Assembly: GCA_905178155.1 (NCBI GenBank)
Contig: CAJINV010000010.1
Location: 2,934,587 to 2,998,586, forward strand
DNA length: 64,000 bases
Source: Amoebophrya sp. A120
Taxonomy: Eukaryota; Protista; Dinoflagellata
Direction of reading: 5' to 3'
Shown: in pieces, positions 12,463-23,616 of the stretch
How positions within the stretch are numbered: the first letter of the stretch is position 1
Layout of the letters: each line of letters starts with the position of its first letter
Position numbers and translations under genes: made by a program
The notes under the pieces: model-generated
Databases searched by the model: none
What the model was told of the DNA's origin: nothing
Seen by the model: the letters and a program-made list of their open reading frames with translations, nothing else

Positions 12463-15400
12463 TCAAGGAGCAACGGGTCCGTCGCCTTGGTCGTGCCCTT
12501 CACTCCCAGCACATGCTCCACCGTCTTGCAAGCACGACGAGCTGGATTCTCCCGCCCGGAGCCGGTCAGGCCATTGTCCTTGTTGCGAGCCACCTGGTCG
12601 TGACACAGCAGGTGGAGAACCACTGACGGCCGTGGCGTGGCTGCTCGTCCTGAGGCCGGCCGAAGCTCCGCCTCGACCCCCGGCTGCGAGCGAAGAAGCG
12701 GGCTGCGGCAGAGAAGGAGCACCACTGCGGGCCGCGGCTGCGAGCGAAGAAGCGGGCTGCGGCAGAGAAGGAGCACTGCGGCCCGTGCTATGCCCGTGGC
12801 CCGCGTAGGCGGGGAGAGAACTAGCGCCACCCTGTGCTACCGGCGGGCTGGGTGGGTGCACCAGACGAGAACCCGCGCTGGAGCTGCGGCTGACTCCGCT
12901 CCCGACACTGATGAAGTCGGGCCCGCCATCCGGCTGGTTCGGCATGCTCGAACAGGGCGGGCGCAGCACCGGAGAACCCGTGCTGGAGCTGCGGCTCACC
13001 CCGCTCCCGACACTGAAGTCGGGCCCGCCATCAGGCTGGCTCGGCATGCCCAAACTGCGAGAGGACAAGGGGTCTGCGGCCATCCCGCCATCCGGCTGGC
13101 TCTGCGAGAGGACAGGGGGACTGTGGGTATCCCACAACCCGGCTTGCCCGGCGTGCTCAAACGGCGAGAGGACGGGGCCAGGGGGACTGTGGGTATCCCA
13201 CAACCCGGCTTGCCCGGCGTGCTCAAACGGCGAGAGNNNNNNNNNNNNNNNNNNNNNNNNNNNNNNNNNNNNNNNNNNNNNNNNNNNNNNNNNNNNNNNN
13301 NNNNNNNNNNNNNNNNNNNNNNNNNNNNNNNNNNNNNNNNNNNNNNNNNNNNNNNNNNNNNNNNNNNNNNNNNNNNNNNNNNNNNNNNNNNNNNNNNNNN
13401 NNNNNNNNNNNNNNNNNNNNNNNNNNNNNNNNNNNNNNNNNNNNNNNNNNNNNNNNNNNNNNNNNNNNNNNNNNNNNNNNNNNNNNNNNNNNNNNNNNNN
13501 NNNNNNNNNNNNNNNNNNNNNNNNNNNNNNNNNNNNNNNNNNNNNNNNNNNNNNNNNNNNNNNNNNNNNNNNNNNNNNNNNNNNNNNNNNNNNNNNNNNN
13601 NNNNNNNNNNNNNNNNNNNNNNNNNNNNNNNNNNNNNNNNNNNNNNNNNNNNNNNNNNNNNNNNNNNNNNNNNNNNNNNNNNNNNNNNNNNNNNNNNNNN
13701 NNNNNNNNNNNNNNNNNNNNNNNNNNNNNNNGGGGCCAGGCGGACTGCGGCTATCCCACAACCCGGCTGGCTCGGCTGGCCCAAACGGCGAGAGGACGGG
13801 GCCCGGGGGAGGACTGCGGCTATCCCACAACCCGGCTGGCTCAAACGGCGAGAGGACGGGGCCCGGGGGACTGCGGCTATCCCACAACCCGGCTGGATTG
13901 GCTGGCTCAAACGGCGAGAGGACAGGGGGGCTGGCTGTGGCCATCCCGCCACCCGGCGCCGGCGCAAAACCACTAGAGATCCATCCGGGGCCGCCGCTCG
14001 AAACGGGGGCTCCGGCCCCTGCGACAGGAGGAGGCGTCCGCGCATCATTTTGGACCTGCCTCTGGAGTTCCTTGAGCTTGTCGTGGTCTGGGATGCTTTT
14101 CTGGACGACAAGGCCGTCAGCTTTTATGTTGTTTGGCCACGGGGCTCCCTTTTGTCCTTCACGGAGAGTGGGCAGCGTCAGCGTATTCCCGCTCTGCAGC
14201 TGGTGCTTTTTGATGTACGTGACGTGATCCTCGTGCTGCCCCTGCCCGGAGAAACTGGAGGGCGTAATCGTCACCAGAGACGCGACCGTGAGCGCTGCGG
14301 AAAAAGGCCTCCCTTTCCGCGACTCCTGGTAGGGGTTGAGGATGTAGTTTTGGTAAAGTTGCTCTCCGTCAGGCGCAGGCTTCGTCAGCAAATCATAACT
14401 TCCTCCTCTTCCAGGACCACCAGGGTAGACCTTTTGCAGGTTCTCCCGAGCAACGTGCCATGGCTCCTCACTCCGCTCGCCGAGAAAGACCTTCTCGTTC
14501 CCCCCGTCTTCCACCCCAGGCTCTCCGAAGAGGTCCGCCAGAGTCCGCGCAATGGCGTACAAGTCAAATGCCGGACCGTAGGGCTGATGGAAAGGAGAGC
14601 CCCCCAGCGGCTCAACGTTGAAGCACTTATCGTCAACCAAGGGATTGATGTACCCAGCAGTCCCATTATGGGGATGTCAGGATCGAACTCCACAAAGTTG
14701 AAAGGATTTTAGCTTGTAATGCCAAACCGACCTCCGCAGCCACTACACAACCTGCGTAACTCTAAGAACTTGCAAATGCATATTAAAACAATATATAAAT
14801 GCCTGTAATTAGAGGGCACGCAAGTGAGGGCGATAGTAAGCCTGTTTGGGGTCGGAGATAGCGCTGCCAAAGCAGCACGACCGAGGACGCCTTTTTTGTC
14901 CAAAAACATAGCACCATGATAAATTGGATTGCGATCGTGGTCAGGAAATTTTTCATGCGGCGCTCAGTAACTGGGGTCTCAACTGGAACTGACTTTATGC
15001 ACGGCAAGTCATCATCTCAACTTTGTCGACTTCGATCCTGACACTTCCATAACCCAAGACGTTTCCCCCGTACAGCGGATCGCCGTACATTAGCGGATCC
15101 ACAACAAAAAAATTCTCGTCCGTACAGACAGTTATTTTCTTGCATGGCAATGGGAAAAGTATATTTTCTTCATCTTCTGTCCGTATTATTGTACTCATGC
15201 GCCATGATAAGACTTGGTAAATAAACCTAAACGTGTCATGCACGACACAAAATGCAGCATTTTTTGTGTAGTATGATGATGTGTAGTACGGAAAACAACT
15301 ATTGTCGAACTTTGTGTTGCGTATAGTGTCCAAGTGGTGTACCCCGTGTGGATAGATTCCCCTTCATGATCAACCGGAGTCGTCATCTCATCATGAACGG

Positions 15401-18400
15401 CCACGAAGGAGGCTATGAAAGTGCACCACTAACCCCCCCTCCGCCTCATGTGTAGTATATTTCTAGCAACAGAAATCCGGATCACCTCAAAAATGCAGCG
15501 CTTGCATGACAGATCTTCTAGGTCCGGCCTTTAGTGTCTTTCGGGGCTCCAGAACTTCCCATGCAAACACGATGAAAAGGCTCTGGCAGGCCGAGGATTT
15601 GGCATTTTTGCATAACAAATGAAGCGAGAGGGAGTTCTTGTCGACTTCCATAGAGTATCAAATGTAAAAATGTCTGGGTCTGGAAGATTCTGACACTTGT
15701 CATGCACGTTTTGCATGAGCCATGATGTCTGTGATGCATACCCTAGCAATACAGATTTTTTGAGGGCTTCTTGATGCGTATTCCTCATGACAAATGCCTT
15801 CTCAGCGTAGCAAGAATTGCATTCCCTTTGGTACTCATGCAATACAGATTTTTTTGGAATCCAAATGCAGCATCACAAGTTGCATTCTTCCAGACCCAGA
15901 CATTTTTACAGTTGATATAGAGGACATCCCGAAGTCAAAAAATACGGGCTGGTCGTATGATATGGGAGTGTCAGGATCGAAATCGACAAAATCGAAAAAT
16001 TTGCAATGCATAAAATGGATTCCAGATCGAACCTAGTTTCTAAGTGGCGCATGACAAATTCTGGTAGTGCCTAAATCGAGTTTGTAATGCTGTTTAGGCA
16101 GAGAAGGCTGATTCTCTCATGCTGCTTTAGCAGCTCGAGCTATAACACCAAACAGGCCTACAACCGGCCTCACTTGCCTGCTCTGCAACACACGTGTTTC
16201 GCGTCATGCATTTTATGCATCACAAATTTTTCGATTTTGTCAATTTCGATCCTGACAGTTCCATATATGAGGTTACGCCGGTCGTGTGATCGCTCCGAAA
16301 TCCCATGTTGTTCGTTTTTATGTCATTGTGCACAAACTATCAAATGTAAAAATGTCTGGGTCTGGAAGAATGCAACCTGTCATGCTAAATCTGAAGCATG
16401 CAAAAATCTGTGTTGCGTGATTTTTGCCAAAAGTCGTCCAGTTTTGGCCAAGTCGGGAGGGAGTTTCTCACGCAGGATAGGCATGAGAGAGATCGCACAG
16501 AATCTGACATGCTTCTAGGTCCTGCATTTTTCCAGGCTTCATGGGTCATGGAAAAGCTGCATGACAAATCGCGCATTCTTCCAGACCCAGACACTTTTAC
16601 ATTCGATACAAACCTATCCACACCAAATTCCTCCCCATACACGCCGTCAAACTACTGCGCCTCCATGACGAGATAAACAGCAACAATACCAATACTTGCT
16701 GTGATTTATCATGCATGACGTCACACCTTTTCGCTCTGTTCTGTCCAGCAGCATTATAAAGTAGAGGGAGATAAAGATGATGACAAGTGGCTTGCGACGT
16801 ATTGAGGTGAACACAAATTTTCACTGTGTCATGCGTTTCTTTCCTGTAGTATACGTGTTCGGGGGAGGTTGTAAATTTGTATTGCATAAAACCCAAGGTC
16901 GCCAAGCTCCAGGATTTTGGCATACATCGACTTTGCCAGGCCGTCGGCGGATCGCAGGGCGCCCGCAATCATGTCGACACTAACATGAACATAAGTAGTA
17001 GTTGCACCAGTGACTGGTGTCTCATCGAGCTCCGGAATGGCAACCCTCTCCAGTACAAAGTGGAAAGACGTCTCGCCTTCGTTCACCAGATTCGTCGAGC
17101 TTTGCCCTTTCCTGGTCACCTATCAAATGTAAAAATGTCTGGGTCTGGAAGCATGCAACTTGTCATGCTAAATCTGAAGCATGCAAAAATCTGTGTTGCA
17201 TGATTACCAAAAGTCGCACAGTTTTGACCAAGTCGGGAGGGAGTTTCTCATGCAGGATAGGCATGATAGAACTCTCACGCAATCTGTCATGCTATGTCCT
17301 ACCTACCAGACCTCATGGGTCATGGAAAACCTGCATGACAAGTCTGGCATTCTTCCAGACCCAGACATTTTTACATTTGATATCACCACAACGCGGTCAA
17401 AAGTTACCACGGCGTTTGGGGCTGCCTGGGTCAGCAGGGTGTTCATAATGATTTCCGCGCGCACGAAAACGCCACAGTCGTATCAAATGTAAAAATGTCT
17501 GGGTCTGGAAACTTGTGATGCTGGGTGGCGTCTCATGATGAGGCTACAAATGCTGGCTCAGCATGACAAGTTTCTGAGCTCCTCGGTGTTGCCTATTCTG
17601 CATGACAAACTGCGCTTCTGCATCACAGAAAAACGGAGCTCTTGGGTAACGTGCATGACAGATTTAAGAGTCATGTCAGACAAGCATGACAAACATGAAT
17701 TCTTCCAGACCCAGACATTTTTACAGTTGATAATTCGTCACTGTCAGCCACTGAGTCTTCATCTTCCTCGCCATCTTCCTCGCCAACGAGGACCCGAAAA
17801 TGCTTGCACCGAACTGTTTTCACGACCTTCGTGGCGTCTCCTGACACACTATACACAACGCCATACGTGCCCGAGCCTAGCTGTTCTCCAATATCCAGCG
17901 CGCTCTTTTCCCCGGGCTTGGACGGTGTGGGTGTCCACGAAACGCGAGCCAGGTCGCCTCCGTCCGAAACTTCACTCGTGTCATCATCGCCTTCTTCGTT
18001 TTGGTTTTGTGTATCCGTATAGTACTCGGCCCCTGCTATGCCCCGCTCAGGTAGTTTTTTTACCATCTAAATTGCGAACAAAAAACTAGTTGTACACAAA
18101 AAAGAAATAAGTATAGAAGTCTCGTGTAGTCCACGAGGTGAACCACTTCGTGCGGCATGCATGAACAGCATGAGGACGTTGAACAACTGGAGCAGGCAAC
18201 TACGCGCGGCGTTCTTTATTTTTTGCGCTGCAGTAGATAAGCATGAACCACAAGAGCCAGGTTCTTCACAGCAACCTGACCTTCATCCGGTTTGCCAGTT
18301 GATGAGCCTCGTCCAGAACTTGCCAACAGCACGCCCAATCGTGTACTAAGATGAAGATGAACAAGGGTGCGATATTAATGATCCTGGTGCAGCTTTTGCA

Positions 18401-21400
18401 TTTGCAAATCCTTGTAGTTGAGGGGCCAATCGTAGTTGCAACAACGAAGATGGTAAAAACACCTGAGCAGCCGATACGTCCTTCAACCATCTTCTCATCC
18501 AGTACTTTTTCCCACGCAGCAAGCATTTCCTGCTCGTTTCTCAACTTACGATTTTTAAAAGCCTTGTCGGTCAGATGCTTGAAGGTATTCGGTCCCCTCT
18601 TTTGCATGTCGCGAAAGCCCTTATGCATTGCAAATATGTCTGGGTCTGGAAAACGGCTGATTGGGACGCCTGCAAGAACCAATGGCCTAGCGGCTAGGCA
18701 TAAATAGTTTTTTGCTTCTGGAATGCATCTGAAACTGAATTTGATTCGTAAAGCACGCATTATCAATTGCGTTTTTGCAACATCACAGAGGAAGCAGCTG
18801 CCCTCTCGCTGCTCATGCAACACAGATTTTCATCTAGGAATGGTGATCGCCATGGCTATGGCGCAAGACACGCATTATATACAACTCCCGCTTTTCGAGA
18901 CAAAAACACAGTTGCAATGGATAGCCGTCTTTTGTCAGCTTTTTCATCGTGTCGAACTCCTGCTCTGCTTCTGCATTGCAAAAGTATCGCACTCGTAATA
19001 ATTACAATCATGCCCGGCAGCTTCCTTCTCCTAGGCAAGACATCATAACGAAATTTCATCTAGGGCTAGACAGTTCACGAGAAAATTATACGAGCAAGAA
19101 TTTGCGAATGCGATCATCATGAAATTACTACGTAGTGCGATATTTTTTACTTTTGCAATTCATACTTTCCTGCCTCCACTTTTATCGAGTAGTTCCTTGT
19201 ACCATGAATTTTGCACAACTTGTATCGTAAGGAAAAATCCCCCCTCCCCATATCGAAAAGGTATGTTTCCGAAAATTTGTGTTGCTGATTTGAGACCCCA
19301 AATCACGTGTGTCTTGCAAGAAGGCAACGCCACAACCTCCGCAGCATTGTGTAGGCGGTTTGTGATGCTGATGGGCCTACAGCGTGGACGTTTCTCATGC
19401 TAGACCCCTAGGTCAAAACCTCTCGACTTAGGCTTAGTATGGGCCTGCATTCCTCCCCAGCAAGACAAATCTGATTTGTGTACGCAAATCCTGCATCAGA
19501 GACTTCATTTTGATATGGGGAGGGGGGATTTTTCCTGTTGATAACTTGGCCGCTCGTCGCGTCCGAACAGGACATCACAATGAAAAACGTTCCCTCGTTA
19601 TCCAAGAAAAAAACGTTGTTAGTGTAAATTTGTGATGCGCAACATGCAAAATAATTGCGTCTGTCATGCTTGGCATGCATCGTAGGGTCCATTAAAGGGC
19701 GTTTTCGCGTACTATCTGCGCATGACAGGTTTCTGCTGTCATGCCAGACAAATTTGTAATGCTGTTCCTCCAAAAAAGTTACACCTACAATGTTTTTTTC
19801 TTGGATACTCGTTTTCCCATATCTGTGATGCAGACTTGTGGCCACGACAACCCACCAGTTTTGTGATGCTAGAAGGCAAATAAAGCTGCTGCGGCCTCAC
19901 TGTAGAAGTGCTGGCGAGCGTAGGAAAACGACCTTGCATCTCCAACATGACAGGAAGCAACTCGAAGTCGTGGGCAACAGCATGAATAATTACCTGCAAA
20001 AATTCAGGCCACAGCTGCGTCTCTTGCCTTCTAGCAAATATACAAATCGATTTGTGTACGCAACTACAGCATCACAAATTTCGTTTCCGATATGGGGAGG
20101 GGGCATAATTTTCCCTTGTGATAGGCGCGGAGTCGGACGAAGACGACGTCGATCGAGAACGCCGCCCACGACGGGGGGACCTCCTGGGGGGGGTCCTGTG
20201 AGAACGGGCGGAGGCGGCCCGGGACCTCCTCGGAGTATCAAGTGTAAAAGTGTCTGGGTCTGGAAGAATGCAAGATTTGTGATGCAGGTTTTCCATGACC
20301 CAGGAGGTCTGGAATGCGAGACCCAGCATGAAAGATTCTTTGAGGTGGTCCCTATCATGCCTTTCCTGCGTGAGAAGCTCCCTCTAAACTTGGTCAAAAG
20401 CGCACACCTTTTGGCACTCACGCAACACAGATTTTTGCATCATTCAGATTTTTTAGCATGACAAGTTCTAATCTTCCAGACATCCAGGGACTTTTGCATT
20501 TGATACGGAGTCTGATCAGGCGATTTGGAGGTGGACGAAGACGACGTCGATTGAGAACGCCGCCGCCGGCGGATGGGAAGGCGGATCATGGAAGAAGGGG
20601 TTCGGCGGGACGCCTTCTTCCGAGGCCGAGCGGACACCGAGCTGGAGGTGGAGGACCCAGTGCCTGTACTTCCTGCTTGTGTCAGAGTTCTTGCCGCTGC
20701 TGCTTCTTGTTCCAACAGGAAGCTGGTGGAGGTCGCTGTACTAGCGTCACCTTTACTATCAACTGCAAAAGTGACTGGGTCTGGAAGATTCTGAGACCTG
20801 TGATGCACGTCTTGCATGAGCCATGATGTCTGTGATGCACGCCCTAGCACCACAGACTTTTTGAGGGCATCTTGATGCCTATTCCGCATGAGGAATGCCC
20901 ACCTATCCTTGTAGCAAAAATATATACTCCGTTTGCTACTCATGCAATACAGATTTTTTTGGAATCCAAATGCAGCATCACAAGTTGCATTCTTCCAGAG
21001 CCAGACATTTTTGCAGTTCATAACCTCCCTCACCAGTACCGGAAGCTGGAGATGCAGTAAATTCGGATTTTTCCGAATGGACGTCGACGGCCGGTGGTTC
21101 TTGCGGGTCTCCGCTTTCGACGCTGGGTGAAGTACTAGACAGTGTAGAAGAAACAATCGTGCCATCAACAAGAACGTCTTGATGTTGAACATCTTCCCGG
21201 CCGTCTGTACTTCCTGGTGTTCTTGTTGGCGCAGAAACACCATTCGGATTTTCGCTCTTACCGCTCGAAGTAGGAGTCGCACCCGACGTTGTTCTTTGGA
21301 ACAAAGAAAATGAAGACATGTTCCAATCGGTGCCTTGTTGCAGCAGCCAGTGACGCTTGGCGCCCGGGCGGGGCGATAAAAACTTCCGCTCATCTGTAGT

Positions 21401-21829
21401 TTCTCCTTCTTCTACTTGCACCGGGGAAACTGCTGGTGCTGCGGCCATGATAGGCGCGGCCCCGACGACATCCGTTGGAGTCTCCGTATTGGGCGGAGAC
21501 TTGGCGGCAATCGAGCTTGGCGGGTTTTCGGCTGCATTTTTGTCAAACCCCGAAACCCCGGCGACAGAGAGACCGAGGAGCAAAGCCGCTTTGATATGAA
21601 CATTATCCTGCGTAAAAAACACGAGCGTAGCCCAACTATGTTTCCTTATTACAACTTCTGAACAACTTTCTTTGCAGCGAAGTTTCAATACATGGTCGTA
21701 CCAGCATCTTCATCATTGCTCCGCAAAGACATAGCCTGCTAATTATATCGCGCACTAAAAGTCGTAGCTGATCCTCGTAGTATTTTACACAGGATATCTT
21801 AATCGCGGAAAGAGAAGCGACACCACCAT
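12463..21829 (-). CDS. Secreted Ser/Thr protein kinase, copy 2, with a C-terminal Pro/Gly-rich tandem repeat
   Basis: Paralogue of copy 1: MVVSLLFP..., GSGTYGVV, VVKTVRC, HND, DFG, GTAGY, FDLYAIA. It has 17 introners plus 1 nested element. The last exon spans an assembly gap, so the stop position is tentative. Confidence 0.8.
13107..13930. repeat. Coding tandem repeat (about 57-63 nt unit, PPGPVLSPFE..AGLWD.HS) spanning a gap
   Basis: Repeat units on both sides of the N-run. Confidence 0.85.
13237..13731. other. Assembly gap (495 N)
   Basis: Run of N. Confidence 1.
14667..15051. mobile_element. Introner family D (kinase copy 2)
   Basis: TATGG..TGTCAGGATCGAA TIR; frame restored (NVLG|TAGY). 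Confidence 0.85.
15096..15323. mobile_element. Degenerate introner (kinase copy 2)
   Basis: Decayed ends; DR TAGCG/TAGTG; absent from copy 1. Confidence 0.65.
15414..15652. mobile_element. Introner family G (kinase copy 2); its sense 5' end is interrupted by the next element
   Basis: TATGAAAGT...ACTTCCATA; DR GAGGC/GAGGA once 15656-15917 is removed. Confidence 0.8.
15656..15917. mobile_element. Introner family A inserted at the terminus of the family G element
   Basis: Family A TIR; DR TAGAG/TAGAG overlaps the terminal TA of 15414-15652. Confidence 0.9.
15961..16265. mobile_element. Introner family D (kinase copy 2)
   Basis: Family D TIR; DR TATGA/TATGA. Confidence 0.9.
16338..16608. mobile_element. 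Introner family A (kinase copy 2)
   Basis: Family A TIR; DR CAAAC/CAAAC. Confidence 0.9.
16615..16888. mobile_element. Introner, diverged (kinase copy 2)
   Basis: TATCCACACCAAATT...AATTTGTATTGCATA; DR AAACC/AAACC. Confidence 0.82.
17121..17382. mobile_element. Introner family A (kinase copy 2)
   Basis: Perfect family A TIR; DR TCACC/TCACC; site empty in copy 1 near 4942. Confidence 0.93.
17481..17732. mobile_element. Introner family A (kinase copy 2)
   Basis: Family A TIR; DR AGTCG/ATTCG. Confidence 0.9.
18037..18476. mobile_element. Introner, diverged (kinase copy 2)
   Basis: TAT..GCTCAGGT..TTTTACCATCT / AGATGGTAAAA..ACCTGAGC..ATA; frame restored (MVEG|RAEY). Confidence 0.8.
18622..18923. 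mobile_element. Introner family A, degenerate (kinase copy 2)
   Basis: TATGCATTGCAA...TTGCAATGGATA; DR GCCCT/GCCGT. Confidence 0.8.
18970..19164. mobile_element. Introner family E (kinase copy 2)
   Basis: TCTGCATTGCAAAAGTATCGCACT...TTTTGCAATTCATA; frame restored. Confidence 0.8.
19223..19543. mobile_element. Introner family C (kinase copy 2)
   Basis: TATC..GGAAAAATCCCCCCTCCCCATATC TIR; DR ACTTG/ACTTG; site empty in copy 1 near 6491. Confidence 0.9.
19573..20123. mobile_element. Introner family C hosting a nested introner
   Basis: CATCACAA...TTGTGATA ends; body similar to 46858-47178; frame restored (SAP|SDAT). Confidence 0.8.
19599..19807. mobile_element. Introner family H nested inside the TIR of 19573-20123
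   Basis: TATCCAAGAAAAAAAC TIR; DR CTCGT/CTCGT. Confidence 0.88.
20236..20505. mobile_element. Introner family A (kinase copy 2)
   Basis: Family A TIR; DR CGGAG/CGGAG. Confidence 0.9.
20757..21022. mobile_element. Introner family A (kinase copy 2)
   Basis: TATCAACTGCAAAA...TTTTGCAGTTCATA. Confidence 0.88.
21604..21796. mobile_element. Introner, B-like, in the signal-peptide coding region (kinase copy 2)
   Basis: TATCCTGCGTAAAA...TTTTACACAGGATA; absent from copy 1. Confidence 0.8.
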
Positions 21830-23616
21830 CTTCCCTGACTGCGGTGGTCTTATTTTCAGGAAACCGGAAGATGCTAGAAGACGGCCGATTTTTACTCCAT
21901 TCCCGTTGTCGTGGCGACTGCGGCTGTCGCAGCTGTGCCTGTTTTTATGTTCATATAAACTTAAACATCTCAGAGGATGGGCATGAGCAAACATACTCAG
22001 AGATGACAGGACATTTGAGTACTTATGTAGCGCAAAAGACGCTGCTGACGTTTGAGAAGCTGGTAGGAGGCACAGTAGAAGAGACATTGGCCACCTGGCG
22101 GGCCCTCCGTCTTTATAGACCACTAGTACGAGATCAAATTCGAAACAAGCGCCTCCACCTCCTCAACAACAAATCTACATACAGTACTTTCCGTTTATTT
22201 CGCACTATCCGTATCCCATAGGAGATAGTGCTCGATGATAGTAAACAACTCGTCCGGCTTTTTCGATAGTGAGGAAGTTTTTCGTTGCGGTCACTTAGCC
22301 CCTTTCCGCTCCGTTTCTGCGAAGAGAAATAACCGAGTTCGTTATGGTTCTCGTTTCATCGTTGTTTTGTCATCGTGGTTGAAGAGAATGATTTTTCAAA
22401 GTTATATAATTTGGGTTTCGTCGAATGCTGTAGTGGGTACTGAACGAAAGAAAACTACGGCATTGATTTACTTACTCGGTGCGAAATACAGATCGTCGTT
22501 ATGATGTTGTCTTCAATTCAATTCAGTGAGGTGAAAAGTAAAAGTTCAAGAAGTACTATAGTATGTGAAGATGTAAAGCAAAATTAAATAGAAGCCGTAA
22601 CCGTAAGTTTGCAAAGTTGTAAAACAAAATTTTTTCAAAAGTCGGGGTGTTGTTTGATGTGCTTGGTTTTTTTACAAAAAGAAAACAGGCCGAAGTAGTT
22701 CGTGACCACCCCGTTCCACCTTGGGGGCAAGGTCCTCTCAAGCCTGCATGCAGACGAAAACGAATGGGAAATCGACATGAAGATAATGCAAATATTACAT
22801 GGCACACCAGCTTGCCATGGTCACACAACCACACGAATGCGGAAACCAGCCACAAATGCTACACCTAGGCACGACGAGGACGGATAGCACCGATGAAACT
22901 GAAATTGAAATAGCCGCTCAGGCAAAGACTAAGTAACCGACGCGTCGTCTGGAAGCTTTACGATTTTATCCGGTCGTGAAAATGAAAAAACAGAAAACCG
23001 TTCGTCAGCAACTACCGATGTATGGAAGGAAAAAGCACCAGTTGAAAAGCAGTAGAGCTGGCTCGTCCTACTTAGGTACTGTTACATAGAACGTCAACGT
23101 CGACAACATATCATGAGGCGCATAAGTAGAAGTACGGAAGCACCGAACAAGTTTCGTTCTTCACTCAAACCGAGAAAAATTAGCTGACACGAACGACAAG
23201 AGCAACACAAAGAAACGACTATTGTAGCGTTTCTCTATGCTGAACGAAACCGACAATACAGCATACTGTATAACCAACTAGGTCTAGGATTCATCAATTT
23301 CAACCGACCTTGACTCATTCTTGCTTTTCCACAAAAATCTTCAACCGATGAAACACCAAATTCTGGCACGTCCGCTCTTAGAACGCATATTGAAGACCAC
23401 CACAAAGGATCGATCATGACTGGAAGTGGAACAAAACAACCGTTTACAGGTGATACAAATTCACGACAAATAAAGGCTCCATGATCCACAATAGCCTCAT
23501 TGGTTTTTTTTTTCATCATGTAAGCGTCGTGGTTTACCTTGATTTCCTAGACTACAAGATAATCTATGTATAAAAAACATCACAGATTTATTCACTCGTC
23601 CTGTCAACATCAATGA

